A stretch of 64,000 bases of DNA from Candidatus Eiseniibacteriota bacterium (GTDB taxonomy: Bacteria > Eisenbacteria > RBG-16-71-46). The stretch is from assembly GCA_963717935.1 (NCBI GenBank), contig CAVQXP010000004.1, forward strand, positions 1,600,001 to 1,664,000, given 5' to 3'. How positions within the stretch are numbered: the first letter of the stretch is position 1; each line of letters begins with the position of its first letter. The position numbers were made by a program, and so were the translations under genes. Positions 12,583 through 22,990 of the stretch are shown here, in pieces. The notes under the pieces are model-generated. The model was not told the origin of the DNA. It searched no databases and saw only the letters and a list, made by a program, of their open reading frames with translations.

Positions 12583-12662
12583 CGTTTTCAGTGCACCACC
12601 CATCTTCTTCGCGCTGGCGATCGACGCCGGCGCCGTCGGTTGCTCAGATCGCGAGGTATGAC

Positions 12663-13067
12663 ATGAAGACCTTCCCACGGAAACTCCGCTTCTCGACGAC
12701 TCTGATCGTCGTCCTGTGCATGAGCGCGCTCAACGTCAGCCCTGCTCTGGCGGGACTCGCGCCCTCGCAGACCTCGGGTGCGACCACCATCGCCTCGGCG
12801 CGCGACGCCGACCTGCTCGTGGCGCAGCGGGCGCTCGAGAACAAGATCGTGGCGCAGAAGCTGCGCGACTACGGCGTGGCGGCCACGGATGCCCAACTCA
12901 AGCTGGCGAGCCTGTCAGACCGGGATCTGCACACCCTGGCCAGTGCGTCCCGGGGGCTGCCGAGCGGTGGAGATGGGGCGACCGGAGCCATCATCGGGGT
13001 CCTGGTCGTCGTCATTCTGGTGATCGTCATCCTCAGGCTCACGAACCACCAAGTGGTCGTGAGGTGA
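12663..13067 (+). CDS. PA2779-family secreted/membrane protein
   Basis: GAGG SD; signal peptide; KLRDYGV...AQLKLASLSD.DL..LA...LPSGG followed by a C-terminal TM helix. Confidence 0.75.
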   Translation: MKTFPRKLRFSTTLIVVLCMSALNVSPALAGLAPSQTSGATTIASARDADLLVAQRALENKIVAQKLRDYGVAATDAQLKLASLSDRDLHTLASASRGLPSGGDGATGAIIGVLVVVILVIVILRLTNHQVVVR

Positions 13068-13594
13068 CGCTGCAGATGCTGGCGGCGTTGCTGCTGGTGG
13101 CTTCGGCGTCCGTCACACCGTCCGGGTTGCCCGCTGCGGCCCGGACGGACCTCGACGTGCCGGTCGTCGTACAGGCGCCCGAGCGCTGTGGCCAGGCTGC
13201 GCTCGAGATGGTGCTGCGCTACTACGGCGCCGATTCCGCGGGCCTTCAGGAGCCCGGCCGAGCCTACGATCCCGCACTGCGAGGCTCGCTCATCACCGAC
13301 CTGGCGGCGGCCTCGCGCCGGGCCGGGTACGAAGCGACCATCGCGACCCTCCTCCCTGATTCGCTGATCGCCCTGCTCGCAGTCGGCGTGCCGCCCATCG
13401 TGCTCTACCAGAAGGGGCGGGCCCCGCTCACCGTCGCCCACTTCGGGGTGGTGACCGGCTGGGATCCGGCGCGCGAGGTCTTCACCCTGAACGACGGTGG
13501 AGCCCGTCCTCGCGTCCTGGGCCGCGACGACCTGACGAAGCGGTGGCGGACGGCGGGCTCGCAGGCGCTGATCATCCGGCGGAGATCGCCATGA
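13064..13594 (+). CDS. Peptidase C39-like cysteine peptidase (PA2778-type N-terminal domain)
   Basis: Q..ERCGQAALEMVLRYYG (catalytic Cys) and HFGVVTGWD (His); GTGA coupling to upstream gene. Confidence 0.8.
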   Translation: MTLQMLAALLLVASASVTPSGLPAAARTDLDVPVVVQAPERCGQAALEMVLRYYGADSAGLQEPGRAYDPALRGSLITDLAAASRRAGYEATIATLLPDSLIALLAVGVPPIVLYQKGRAPLTVAHFGVVTGWDPAREVFTLNDGGARPRVLGRDDLTKRWRTAGSQALIIRRRSP

Positions 13595-14067
13595 ATGTGC
13601 TGCGGCTCGTTCGCTCCGTCCTGGCCGCCCTCACACTGGTGGTGGTCGCGGCACTTGCGGGCTGTGCCCACCTGGTCGTGCTTCACGACCCGCTGACGGC
13701 GAGCGAGCACAACGACCTCGGCGTGGCATACGAATCGAGCGGCCAGCTCGATCTGGCGGCGAGGGAGTATCGCAAGGCCCTGAGACTCGATCCCCACCAG
13801 GCCCGGGCGCGCGTGAACCTCGGCAATGTCGAGGCCGCTACCGGCCGTTGGGGCAGCGCGGAGAAGTGCTACCGGCGCGCGCTCAGCGATTCCGTGACGG
13901 ATTACGACGCCATGAACAATCTCGCGGTGGCATTGCTCAGGCAGGGGCGGCGGCTGGATGAGGCCCGCGCACTCGCCGAGAGCGCAGTGGCCGCGGGTGG
14001 TGAGCGTGACTCGGTCTACCGGGCCACACTCGCCGAGGTGAGGGCGTTCAGCAGGCCATTGCCGTAG
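13591..14067 (+). CDS. TPR-repeat lipoprotein
   Basis: LAGC lipobox; HNDLGVAY, ARVNLGNV and AMNNLAVAL TPR units; ATGA coupling. Confidence 0.85.
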   Translation: MNVLRLVRSVLAALTLVVVAALAGCAHLVVLHDPLTASEHNDLGVAYESSGQLDLAAREYRKALRLDPHQARARVNLGNVEAATGRWGSAEKCYRRALSDSVTDYDAMNNLAVALLRQGRRLDEARALAESAVAAGGERDSVYRATLAEVRAFSRPLP

Positions 14068-14128
14068 GCCGCGCGAAGCCCGGGTTCACGCCTCGCACGG
14101 AGCGGGGCGGGAAGATGGAGTCTGGCTG

Positions 14129-15559
14129 ATGTCACGATCACTCAAGCGCACGCTCTTCGCCCTCGGCGGCGCCGTCGGGCTGCTGGTACTCGTCGCGTTG
14201 GCCGTGCCGCTGGTCGTGGACGTCGATGCCTACAGGCCCCGAGCGGAGGGGGCTGCCTCCGACGCCCTGGGGATGGACGTCCGGATCGGCGGTCGGCTGG
14301 GCATGGGCTTCTTCCCGGGCTTCCACGTCACGGTGGCGGAGGTCCGCATCCTGGACGAGCAAGGGGTGGCGGTCGCCTCCGCCAGGAGGGCCCGCCTCTG
14401 GGTCGCGCTGTTTCCCCTGCTCCGCAAGGAACTCCGGCTGAGCAGGATCGAACTGACGAGGCCGAGGCTCTCCCTCGAGCGGGACCCTGAGGGCAGGTTC
14501 AATGTCGAGAGGCTGAGGAAGGCGGCAGCGCTGCTGGGTGCGCTGCGCGGAGGCAGCGTCTCGGTCTCGGACGGGACGCTCCTCTACGCAGACCGGAGAT
14601 CCGGGGAGGGGTTCGAGGCCATGGGCCTCAAGCTGAAGGTGAGCCGCATGCGGTTCACGGAAAAGCAGGGCCCGGGGCTCTTGAAGGGCCTTTCCCTCAG
14701 GGCGGAGCTCGCTTGCGGAGAGATCCGGACGAAAGACTTCTCGGTGTCCGCCTTGAAGGTCTCGGTCCGTGGGAAGGACGGGGTCTTCGATCTCAAACCG
14801 GTCACGATGGGCATCTTCGGCGGGGCGGTAGCGGGAAGCATCCAGGCGGATTTCTCAGGTCCCGTTCCCCTGGGTCGGATCCGCTGCTCCCTGCCGCACT
14901 TCCGCATCGAGGAGTTCCTCAAGACCCTGTCCCCGGAGAAGGCTGTGGAAGGGGAGATGGACTTCACGGCGAGCCTGTCGATGCAGGGAAGGACCATGAG
15001 CGAGCTGGTGCAGACCGCGGCGGGAGAGGTGTCCCTTCGGGGCGAGAACCTCACGCTCGTGGACAACGACCTCGACCGCAGGCTCTCGCGGTTTGAATCC
15101 AGTCAGAACTTCAACCTCGTGGACGTGGGCGCCGTCTTCTTCGCGGGGCCCCTGGGTCTGGCGGTCACGAAGGGCTACAACTTCGCGAGCCTCTTCCAGG
15201 GCTCGGGAGGCACCAGCAGGATCCACACGCTCGTTTCCGACTGGAGGGTCGAGTGTGGCGTGGCGCGGGCCAAGGACGTGGCTCTCGCGACGACCGAGAA
15301 CCGGATCGCCCTCCAGGGCGGGCTCGATTTCGTCGATGGACGGTTCGTGGACGTGACCGTGGCCGTGATCGATGCGAAGGGGTGTGCCAGCGCACGGCAA
15401 GTGATACGCGGCACCTTCGCGAAACCGGTGGTCGAGAAGCCGCGCGTCATCACGTCCCTTGCGGGGCCGGTGCTCAAGCTCTACCAGCAGACGAGGGGCC
15501 TCTTCCCGGCCGAGCCGTGCGAGGTCTTCTACTCGGGCTCGGTGGCCGCGCCGAGGTGA
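14129..15559 (+). CDS. AsmA-family protein
   Basis: N-terminal TM anchor, DVDAYRP..E..ASDALG, LFPLL..ELRLSRIEL..P.LSLERDPEGRFN, beta-rich body. Confidence 0.85.
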   Translation: MSRSLKRTLFALGGAVGLLVLVALAVPLVVDVDAYRPRAEGAASDALGMDVRIGGRLGMGFFPGFHVTVAEVRILDEQGVAVASARRARLWVALFPLLRKELRLSRIELTRPRLSLERDPEGRFNVERLRKAAALLGALRGGSVSVSDGTLLYADRRSGEGFEAMGLKLKVSRMRFTEKQGPGLLKGLSLRAELACGEIRTKDFSVSALKVSVRGKDGVFDLKPVTMGIFGGAVAGSIQADFSGPVPLGRIRCSLPHFRIEEFLKTLSPEKAVEGEMDFTASLSMQGRTMSELVQTAAGEVSLRGENLTLVDNDLDRRLSRFESSQNFNLVDVGAVFFAGPLGLAVTKGYNFASLFQGSGGTSRIHTLVSDWRVECGVARAKDVALATTENRIALQGGLDFVDGRFVDVTVAVIDAKGCASARQVIRGTFAKPVVEKPRVITSLAGPVLKLYQQTRGLFPAEPCEVFYSGSVAAPR

Positions 15560-15757
15560 ATGATGGGGCTCAGTGAACGGTGAGGGCCACCGGGGGAGAC
15601 ATCCGGTCGCGGTGCCGCGGGGCTCCGGTTCCACCGCACCCGGGGGGGGCGCAGCGGCCAGCCAATGAACGGTTACAGCGACAACCAGGGCGGTGGGTCT
15701 GAACGGCTCCGCACGCTCCCCGCTCCCGGGGCGACGGGTTCACGAAAGGAGATCGCA

Positions 15758-16252
15758 ATGAGACGCAGCTGTGTTCTGCCGTACGCGACCGCCATCGCAG
15801 GCGCGTTCGCCGCGGCGATCCTCGCCGGCATCCTGTTCACCGGCGTTCCCGCGCGCGCGGACATCGAGGTGCGCATCGACATCGGCAACGCTCCGCCAGC
15901 GCCACACTTCGTCTTTAGCGCGCGGCCGCGGGAGCGGTACGTTCCCGCACAGCGTGTGTACGTGGTGGACGATCCCGGCGTCGGGGACTACGACTGCTTC
16001 CGCCGCGGCGGCTACTACTGGGTGTTTCGCGAGGGCTACTGGTATCGGGCGAGGAACTGGCGCGGTCGGTTCACGGTGGTCCACCCGCGTCACGTGCCGC
16101 AGGTGTTCTACCAGGTGCCGCCCACGCGCTGGAAGCATCACCCCGCCGGCCCTCCGGGGCTCGTGAAGAAGAAGAGCGCTGGCGGCCCTCAGGGGGCCAC
16201 GGAAAAGGGCGGCAAGGGCCAGGACAAGCATGGCAACCGCGGCAGGAAATAG
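15758..16252 (+). CDS. Hypothetical secreted protein (Tyr/Trp/Pro-rich core, Lys/Gly tail)
   Basis: AAAGGAG SD; signal peptide ending ARA; YYWVFREGYWYR and PPGLVKK segments. Confidence 0.7.
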   Translation: MRRSCVLPYATAIAGAFAAAILAGILFTGVPARADIEVRIDIGNAPPAPHFVFSARPRERYVPAQRVYVVDDPGVGDYDCFRRGGYYWVFREGYWYRARNWRGRFTVVHPRHVPQVFYQVPPTRWKHHPAGPPGLVKKKSAGGPQGATEKGGKGQDKHGNRGRK

Positions 16253-16292
16253 GCTGCCAGAGCTTGCCCCTGGACTCAGGCGCTGATCCACG

Positions 16293-16320
16293 GCCGCCCG
16301 GTTCGAGAGAGCCGGGCGGC
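16293..16320 (+). terminator. Stem-loop, probable terminator
   Basis: GCCGCCCGGTT/AGCCGGGCGGC stem downstream of the stop at 16252; short T tail. Confidence 0.5.
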
Positions 16321-16631
16321 TTCGGCGTTCCGGCACGAGACCGGCTTCCGCCGTCCCTGCCGAGGGGCACCGTGGGAGGCGCGCGGTCATGGCGCCGGAG
16401 TGCCCTGATCGCGGCCCTGTTTGCGTTCCGGGCCCGAAGGGTGCACAGTGGCCGTGTCTTCGGTTGATTGGGATGTGGCCAGACGTTTCGATTCCGCCAG
16501 GGACAGAACCCTGGCGTTCTCATTTACCCGCACCTGGTCGCCGGAGCACCGGTCATAGTGACCGGCCGTCGCCGCCACGTGAATGGGCGGCAAAGCACAG
16601 GGTCTTCGGACCCGGCATCAAGGAGTTCCAA

Positions 16632-16832
16632 GTGGCTCGTGGCACCGTGAAGTGGTTCAACGAAGCGAAGGGTTTCGGTTTCATCTCCCAGGAGGGTGGC
16701 GAGGACGTGTTCGTCCACTTCTCAGCGATCTCGGGCGAGGGCTTCAAGACGCTCGCCGAGGGTGAGGCGCTCGAGTTCGACGTCACGCAGGGCCCGAAGG
16801 GCCTGCAGGCCTCGAACGTCCGGAAGGCGTAG
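16632..16832 (+). CDS. cspA: Cold-shock protein
   Basis: [42 protein letters not shown] before GTG. Confidence 0.96.
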   Translation: MARGTVKWFNEAKGFGFISQEGGEDVFVHFSAISGEGFKTLAEGEALEFDVTQGPKGLQASNVRKA

Positions 16833-16859
16833 CCGCTCCGGGAACCACTTCACGCCCGG

Positions 16860-16887
16860 GAGGCGGCGCCCGCATGGGCGCCGCCTC
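16860..16887 (+). terminator. Perfect 12-bp stem-loop after cspA
   Basis: GAGGCGGCGCCC-GCAT-GGGCGCCGCCTC; no U-tract. Confidence 0.5.
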
Positions 16888-16951
16888 AGGCGTTCAGGGG
16901 CAGGTGCGGCTCATCGACGGATGAGCGGGAACCCCACGAGAGGAGTCCCTG

Positions 16952-17137
16952 GTGGCAGTCGTCAAGAGACCGGCCTACGTCATGCGGCAGAAGGAGCAGC
17001 AGCGCCTCGCCCGCGCGACCGAGCGGCGCGCGGCGCGCCGGGACCGCAAGCACTCGACGGGCACGGAATTCGAGGACCCCGAGGCGGAGGGCCCGCCGGC
17101 GGAAGAGATGGAGACCGACGCGGAGGCCGGGGACTGA
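16952..17137 (+). CDS. Small hypothetical protein with basic N-terminal helix and acidic tail
   Basis: GAGGAG SD; 61 aa; RQKEQQRLARATERRAARRDRK then E/D-rich. Confidence 0.65.
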   Translation: MAVVKRPAYVMRQKEQQRLARATERRAARRDRKHSTGTEFEDPEAEGPPAEEMETDAEAGD

Positions 17138-17351
17138 TCGGACAGAGTCGGTCCCGTTCGCGATCAGCGCGGACTCGAGCCCAGGACTGCCCGCCGCCCC
17201 CCAGAATCACCCGAGCGCGCCCCGGCCACCCCTTTCCCATGCGGCAGGGGATGGGCCGTTTCTTGGCGGCGCCGGCCCACGGGTGGTACGTTTCACGTGC
17301 TCTACCCGTTCACGCCTCGTGGAAGCGCACTGAGCTCAAAGGTGGATCTCG

Positions 17352-18806
17352 TTGCTCGACACACAACATACGGCCACGGGTCCCGATGCTCCGGTGGTGC
17401 CAGGGCTGCCTGTGATCATCCAGGGTGGCATGGGGGTCGGAGTCTCCAACTGGCGGCTGGCACGCGCCGTGTCGCGCCTCGGTCAGCTGGGGGTGGTTTC
17501 GGGCACGGCGCTCGACACCGTGCTCGCGCGGCGGCTTCAGAGCGGCGATATCGGCGGTCACATGCGCCGCGCGATGGAGAAGTTTCCCATCCCGCAGGCT
17601 GCAGCCGAGGCGCTGAAACGCTACTTCCACCCCGGGGGTCTCCCGCCGGGCGCGCCGTACGCCACGCTGCCCATGCCCCAGCAGATGATGAGCAGGGCGC
17701 GCGAACAGTTCACCATGCTCGCAGCGTTCGTCGAGGTCCAGCTCGCCAGGGAAGGCCACGACGGTCTCGTCGGCATCAACCTGCTGACGAAGGTGCAGCA
17801 CTCGAATCTGCCGCTGCTGTACGGCGCGATGCTCGCGGGGGTCGGTTTCGTGCTGATGGGCGCGGGCATCCCGCGCGAGATCCCGGCGGCGCTCGACGCG
17901 CTCGCCCTGCATCAGCCTGCCGCACTCCGCCTGGAGATCGAGGACGGTGCTGCGGATGCCGCCCAGTACCTGCGGCTGGATCCGGGCAGTTTCTGGGAGG
18001 GCGCGCCACCGCAGCTCCTCCGTCCGAGATTCCTGCCCATCATCTCCAGTAATTCGCTCGCGACCATGATGGTGCGCAAGGCCTCCGGCCGGGTGGATGG
18101 GTTCGTCATCGAGGGCCCCACCGCCGGCGGTCACAACGCGCCGCCGCGTGGCGGCAGCGTGCCGGACGAGCAGGGCGACATCACGTACGGTCCGCGCGAC
18201 GAGGTGGACCTCGCGAAGATCCGCGAGCTGGGCCTGCCGTTCTGGGTCGGGGGGGGCGAGGGCTCGCCGCAGCGGTTGCGCGAAGCGCTCGCGGCCGGCG
18301 CGGCCGGCATCCAGGTGGGCACCCTGTTCGCCTACTGTGATGAGTCCGGGATCGAACCCAGGCTGCGCAGCACCGTGCTGATGCACGTCGCTCGTGGCGA
18401 GATCAAGGTGCGCACCGATTCGCGCGCCTCGCCGACCGGGTACCCGTTCAAGGTGGTCACATGGGGTGACGCCGCCACCGTTCGCGAGCGCGTCTGCGAT
18501 CTGGGCTACCTGCGCACCGCCTACGCGATGCCGGACGGCCGCGTCGGCTATCGCTGCCCGAGCGAACCCGCCGGCACGTTCGTCGCCAAGGGTGGGAGCG
18601 TCGCGGACACGGCGGGACGTCTGTGCCTGTGCAACGCGCTGCTCGCCACGATCGGGCTCGCGCAGGCGCGCGGGGGTGGGCAGGCCGAGCCGCTGCTGCT
18701 GACGAGCGGCGACGACCTCATCCGGCTCGGCGGCTTCCTGGCCGGCCGCACGCACTATTCGGCGGGGGACGTGATCTCCTACCTGCTCGAGGCCGGCACG
18801 GCCTAG
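17352..18806 (+). CDS. Nitronate monooxygenase (2-nitropropane dioxygenase)-family flavoprotein
   Basis: IIQGGMGVGVS, GVVSGT, MGAGIP, EGPTAGGHNAPPR, GIQVGT, SPTGYPFK, C-terminal Cys cluster. Confidence 0.88.
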   Translation: MLDTQHTATGPDAPVVPGLPVIIQGGMGVGVSNWRLARAVSRLGQLGVVSGTALDTVLARRLQSGDIGGHMRRAMEKFPIPQAAAEALKRYFHPGGLPPGAPYATLPMPQQMMSRAREQFTMLAAFVEVQLAREGHDGLVGINLLTKVQHSNLPLLYGAMLAGVGFVLMGAGIPREIPAALDALALHQPAALRLEIEDGAADAAQYLRLDPGSFWEGAPPQLLRPRFLPIISSNSLATMMVRKASGRVDGFVIEGPTAGGHNAPPRGGSVPDEQGDITYGPRDEVDLAKIRELGLPFWVGGGEGSPQRLREALAAGAAGIQVGTLFAYCDESGIEPRLRSTVLMHVARGEIKVRTDSRASPTGYPFKVVTWGDAATVRERVCDLGYLRTAYAMPDGRVGYRCPSEPAGTFVAKGGSVADTAGRLCLCNALLATIGLAQARGGGQAEPLLLTSGDDLIRLGGFLAGRTHYSAGDVISYLLEAGTA

Positions 18807-18892
18807 AGTCGTCCGTCCGGCTCAGCCCGCTCCGGGGACCCGCACCTCTCCGCCCTGTCGCGCCTGCGGCCCGTTCCTGCAGCCCCGCTTCT

Positions 18893-19693
18893 TCAGCCCC
18901 GTGCGCCTCGCCGGCGCCGCGGGCGCTCGCTGGCCACGCCGGTCACCATGTAGGTGCCGCTACGCTCGTCCTTGCGCAGCGTGACGACCTTGGATTCCTG
19001 CGCGTCCTCGAGCAACTCGCTGAAGCTGCCGTAGCCCAGAGCGGCCTCGCTGAAGGCGGGGCGCTTGCGCTTCATGGTGTCCTTCACGAGCGAGGCCTGG
19101 ATCACCTCGAAGTTCTCCCGCTGCAGCGCCCGCACGGTGTCCGCCAGCAGCCGGAACGCCTCGTCCTTGTCGTGCGCGGGCTTCGCGCCGGCCTTCACCG
19201 GCTCGGGACCGTGCTCGAGATCCTCGTAGTAGATGAACTCGTCGCAGGCGTTGGCCAGCAACGACGAGGTGGACGCCTTCATGCCGAGGCCGATGACGTG
19301 CTTGCCGTTCTCCTTGAGCTTGGCGACCAGGGGGGAGAAGTCGCTGTCGCCGGAGACGACCACGAAGGTGTCGATGTGCTCCTTGCTCCAGCTCAGGTCC
19401 ATGGCGTCCACGACCAGGCGGATGTCCGCCGAGTTCTTGCCGGTGCTCTCGCGGCGCGGGATCTCGATCAACTCGATGCCGTTCTCGTGCAGGCTCTGCG
19501 TGTGGCTGCGGAAGCGGTGCCAGTCGGCATAGGCCACCTTGACGATGACCTTGCCCTTCTCGAGCAACCGGTCGAGGACGCGCCGCACCTCGAAGGGGGC
19601 GCTGGCGTCGCGCAGGCCCAGCGCGATGTTCTCGAAGTCGATGAACACGGCGATCTGCAGTTGAGGGCCGGTGGTCGTGGGCGACGCGGGCAT
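18893..19693 (-). CDS. NYN-domain ribonuclease-like protein with C-terminal LOTUS/OST-HTH domain
   Basis: AVFIDFEN, GKNSADIRLVVDAM, VSGDSDFSPL, CDEFIYY, F.E..LGYGSFSELLE. Confidence 0.92.
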   Translation of the reverse strand: MPASPTTTGPQLQIAVFIDFENIALGLRDASAPFEVRRVLDRLLEKGKVIVKVAYADWHRFRSHTQSLHENGIELIEIPRRESTGKNSADIRLVVDAMDLSWSKEHIDTFVVVSGDSDFSPLVAKLKENGKHVIGLGMKASTSSLLANACDEFIYYEDLEHGPEPVKAGAKPAHDKDEAFRLLADTVRALQRENFEVIQASLVKDTMKRKRPAFSEAALGYGSFSELLEDAQESKVVTLRKDERSGTYMVTGVASERPRRRRGARG

Positions 19694-20016
19694 GGGCGCA
19701 CCTCCGGGGCTGGGTGGACGCGGGGCGACCCACGCATCCTAGGAGCCGCGCGGTCCGGGGCACAAGCGGGGAGGAGCCGGGCCCCGCGCCGGCGTCTTTC
19801 TCCCTAAGTCCTGGTCCCCTGGCTGCCGATACCTGACCCGAACAGCCCCCGGCCCCGCGGCGGGCGCGCGCAAGGCGTGGGTTTGTCGCGGGGTGGGGGC
19901 CCGACTTCGTCGCAGGACACCCGATGGACCGGGGCCCGCGCAGGAGCCGGGCGTTCATTGCACGCGGCGGGAGGGCACGGCCCTCCCGACTCCACCTCGT
20001 TCCCCTCCGAGGCGTC

Positions 20017-22920
20017 ATGGCCGAGCGAAGCGCAGGCATGAACAACGACATGACGGGCTTGCATCTCATTGCCCCGGGATTGCGCGAGCTGCTCGACGCG
20101 AGTCCGGACCTGCTCTTCGCCTGCGACGCCGACGGCGCGGTGCTGTGGTTGAGCCGGGCCTTCGAGACGCTTACCGGGCGCGTGGCCGCCGACCAGATCG
20201 GGCGGCGCTGGTCCACGCTGGTCGCCCCGCACGAGGCGCGCCGCGTGATGCGCCTGGTCCTGCGCCAGCGCCGCCGGCGCACGCCGGTGGTCGAGGTGAC
20301 GCTGCCGCTGCTCGCGAGCCAGGGGCGCGAGGCCTGGGTCACGGCGCGCGTGAGCCTGCTCGAGCGCGCGGATGGCGGCATGATCTTCGTGGGCACGGCG
20401 CGTGGGCTCGAGCCCGGCACGGATGCCGGCGGGACCGAGCCGCAGTCCGCAGCCGGAACGACGTGCGCGGAGACGAGCATGTGCGCGTTGCCGGCCGCAC
20501 CGGAGTGCCCCGCACCAGCGGTGGCCGCCGAGGCCGCGACCGGCCCCGCGGTGGTGCAGACCGAGTCGCGTCCACGCGGCGGTCTGGCGTCCGCGTTCTC
20601 GTTCCTGTCGCGTGGTGGCAAGAACGATGCGCCGGCCGCGACGGGTCCGGCCTCACCGCGCGACGACCACGCCGCGCTCCTGAGCCGCATGGAGCAGTTG
20701 ACGGTCATGCTGGACGGGGCCCGCGCCACGGCGCAGGCCAAGGGCGAGTTGCTGGCGACCATGACGCACGAGCTGCGCACGCCCATGAACGGCATGATGG
20801 GCATGGCCCACCTGCTGCTCGAGACGGAGCTGGACCGCGAGCAGCGGGGCATGGTCGAGGTGCTGCTCCACGCGGGCGAGTCGCTGCTCGAGCTGGTGAA
20901 CGACACGCTGGAGTTCTCGCGGGGCGAGGCGGGCAAGCTCGAACTGGAACGCCTGCCGTTCGATCTGCGGACGACGACGTACGAGACTGGGGCGCTGCTG
21001 GCGCCGCTGGCGAACGAGAAGCGCCTGCACTTCGAGTGTGAGGTGCAGGACGAGGTGCCCGCGCGGGTCTGGGGCGACCCGGGCCGCCTGCGCCAGGTGC
21101 TGCTCAACCTGGGCGGCAACGCCGTCAAGTTCACCGAACAGGGAATGGTCCGGCTGGCGGTCGAGCGGGTGCGTGAGGACGAGCGTGAGGTGACGCTGCG
21201 CTTCGCGGTCCAGGACACGGGCATCGGCATGACCGAGGAGCAGAGGGGCCGCATCTTCCAGGCCTTCCAGCAGGCCGATGCCTCGATCGCCCGCCGTTAC
21301 GGCGGCACGGGCCTGGGGCTGGCGATCTCGAGCCGGCTGGTATCGCTGATGGGTGGCGCGGTGGGGGTCGAGAGCGCGTCGGGCCAGGGCAGCCGGTTCT
21401 GGTTCGACGTCACGCTCGAGAAGCAACGCGACGCGGCGCTCGGGCTCGACGGCGCGCCCCTGCGGACGGAACTCGCGGGCCTGAAGGTGATGGTGGTGGA
21501 GCCGTCGCCGGCGATGCGGCGCTCGTATCTCTGCAGGCTCGATGCCTGGGGCTGCCGCGTCGAGGCGGCCGAGGACGCCGAGGTCGGGCTGGCGATGCTC
21601 GAGAAGGCTGCCGAGGCGGGTGACCCGTTCCGCTTCGCCCTGATCGAGCGGCAGCTGCCGGGCATGGACGGCGAGGAGATGGGGAAGGCGATCCGCGCGG
21701 ACGGCAGGCGCGATCGCACGCTGACGGTGCTCGTGACGTCGGCGGGACGCCGCGGCGATGCCGTCCGGGCGAAGGCGCTGGGATTCTCGGCCTATCTCTC
21801 CAAGCCGCTCGACTGGGAGCAGCTGGCCGGAGCGCTGGTTGAGGTGCTGCGGCGGGTGGAGACCACCCCGATGGGCGAGACGCCGGAGCTGGTCACGCTG
21901 CACTCGATGGCCAGGACGCGGCGCGGCGGCCTGCGCATCCTGCTGGTCGAAGACAGCGCGGTGAACCAGCTGGTCACGCAGTGGACGCTCAAACGGCTGG
22001 GCTACGGGCTGCAGACCGCGCCCACGGTGCGCGCGGCGCTCGAGGCCTGGAAGCGGGAACAGTTCGACGTGGTGCTGATGGACATCCAGCTGCCGGACGG
22101 TGACGGCTATGCGCTGGCGCGCGAGCTGCGCTCGAGCGAGACGTCGGGCCGCCGGACGCCGATCGTGGCGATGACGGGGAGCACCGAACCGGGCGACCGC
22201 GAAAAGTGCTTCGCGGCCGGGATGGACGAGTACCTCCCGAAGCCGGTGGACCTGGGGCTGCTGTGCCGCGTGGTCGAGAACTTGGCGGGTGGTGGGGCGA
22301 GGGCGGGCGCCGAGGCGAGCGCCGAGGCAAGCACCGTGATGTCGTCACGAGGCGCCACCGACCCGGGGAAGATCGCCGTCGCGGTGGATGACGCATCGCT
22401 CCTGCACGAGATCGAAGCAGCCGAGGCGGAGATGAGCGGGATGCAGCGGCCGTTCGCGGTCGTGGCGGCGGACCTGGTCGCCGGGCTGGCCCCGACGGTG
22501 GTCTCGCTCTCGAGCGCGGACGTCATGCCGCTGGCCGAGGTTCTGCTCCGGGACGAGCTCGCGAGCGAGGCCCCCCTGCCGGCGCTCGACCTCGCGCGGC
22601 TCGAGGAGCTCAGTATGGGCAACCCGGCCCTGCGCGACTCCCTGCTCAGCACGTTCCTCAGCGACGTCCGTCCGCGGCTGGAGCAACTGGGGCTGGCGGT
22701 GAACGGGCGTGACGCCCACCGGGTCGAATTCGAGGCGCACGGCCTGAAGGGCATGTGTGCCTCGCTCGGAGCGACGGCCAGCGCCGAGCTGTTCGCGGAA
22801 CTCGAGCGCGTGGGGCGCGAGAAGACGCTCGACCTCGCGCCATCGTTGCTCAAGCGGGCGTACCTCGAGGTGACGCGCACGGAACGCTACATCTTGATGA
22901 TAGAGCGCCTGGCGGCCTGA
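20017..22920 (+). CDS. Hybrid sensor histidine kinase (PAS-HisKA-HATPase-REC-REC-HPt)
   Basis: [35 protein letters not shown] and AHGLKG motifs; start uncertain (20017 or 20038). Confidence 0.92.
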   Translation: MAERSAGMNNDMTGLHLIAPGLRELLDASPDLLFACDADGAVLWLSRAFETLTGRVAADQIGRRWSTLVAPHEARRVMRLVLRQRRRRTPVVEVTLPLLASQGREAWVTARVSLLERADGGMIFVGTARGLEPGTDAGGTEPQSAAGTTCAETSMCALPAAPECPAPAVAAEAATGPAVVQTESRPRGGLASAFSFLSRGGKNDAPAATGPASPRDDHAALLSRMEQLTVMLDGARATAQAKGELLATMTHELRTPMNGMMGMAHLLLETELDREQRGMVEVLLHAGESLLELVNDTLEFSRGEAGKLELERLPFDLRTTTYETGALLAPLANEKRLHFECEVQDEVPARVWGDPGRLRQVLLNLGGNAVKFTEQGMVRLAVERVREDEREVTLRFAVQDTGIGMTEEQRGRIFQAFQQADASIARRYGGTGLGLAISSRLVSLMGGAVGVESASGQGSRFWFDVTLEKQRDAALGLDGAPLRTELAGLKVMVVEPSPAMRRSYLCRLDAWGCRVEAAEDAEVGLAMLEKAAEAGDPFRFALIERQLPGMDGEEMGKAIRADGRRDRTLTVLVTSAGRRGDAVRAKALGFSAYLSKPLDWEQLAGALVEVLRRVETTPMGETPELVTLHSMARTRRGGLRILLVEDSAVNQLVTQWTLKRLGYGLQTAPTVRAALEAWKREQFDVVLMDIQLPDGDGYALARELRSSETSGRRTPIVAMTGSTEPGDREKCFAAGMDEYLPKPVDLGLLCRVVENLAGGGARAGAEASAEASTVMSSRGATDPGKIAVAVDDASLLHEIEAAEAEMSGMQRPFAVVAADLVAGLAPTVVSLSSADVMPLAEVLLRDELASEAPLPALDLARLEELSMGNPALRDSLLSTFLSDVRPRLEQLGLAVNGRDAHRVEFEAHGLKGMCASLGATASAELFAELERVGREKTLDLAPSLLKRAYLEVTRTERYILMIERLAA

Positions 22921-22990
22921 CCGGCTGCTGCGCTCGTCTCGGCGCCCCGCCTGAGTCCCGGCGGGGCGCTGTGTTATCGTCAGCGGTCCC

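Noticed and set aside
18893..19693. NYN-LOTUS protein as an anti-phage or toxin system
   Set aside because: A widespread standalone family; no partner or defence genes are adjacent.
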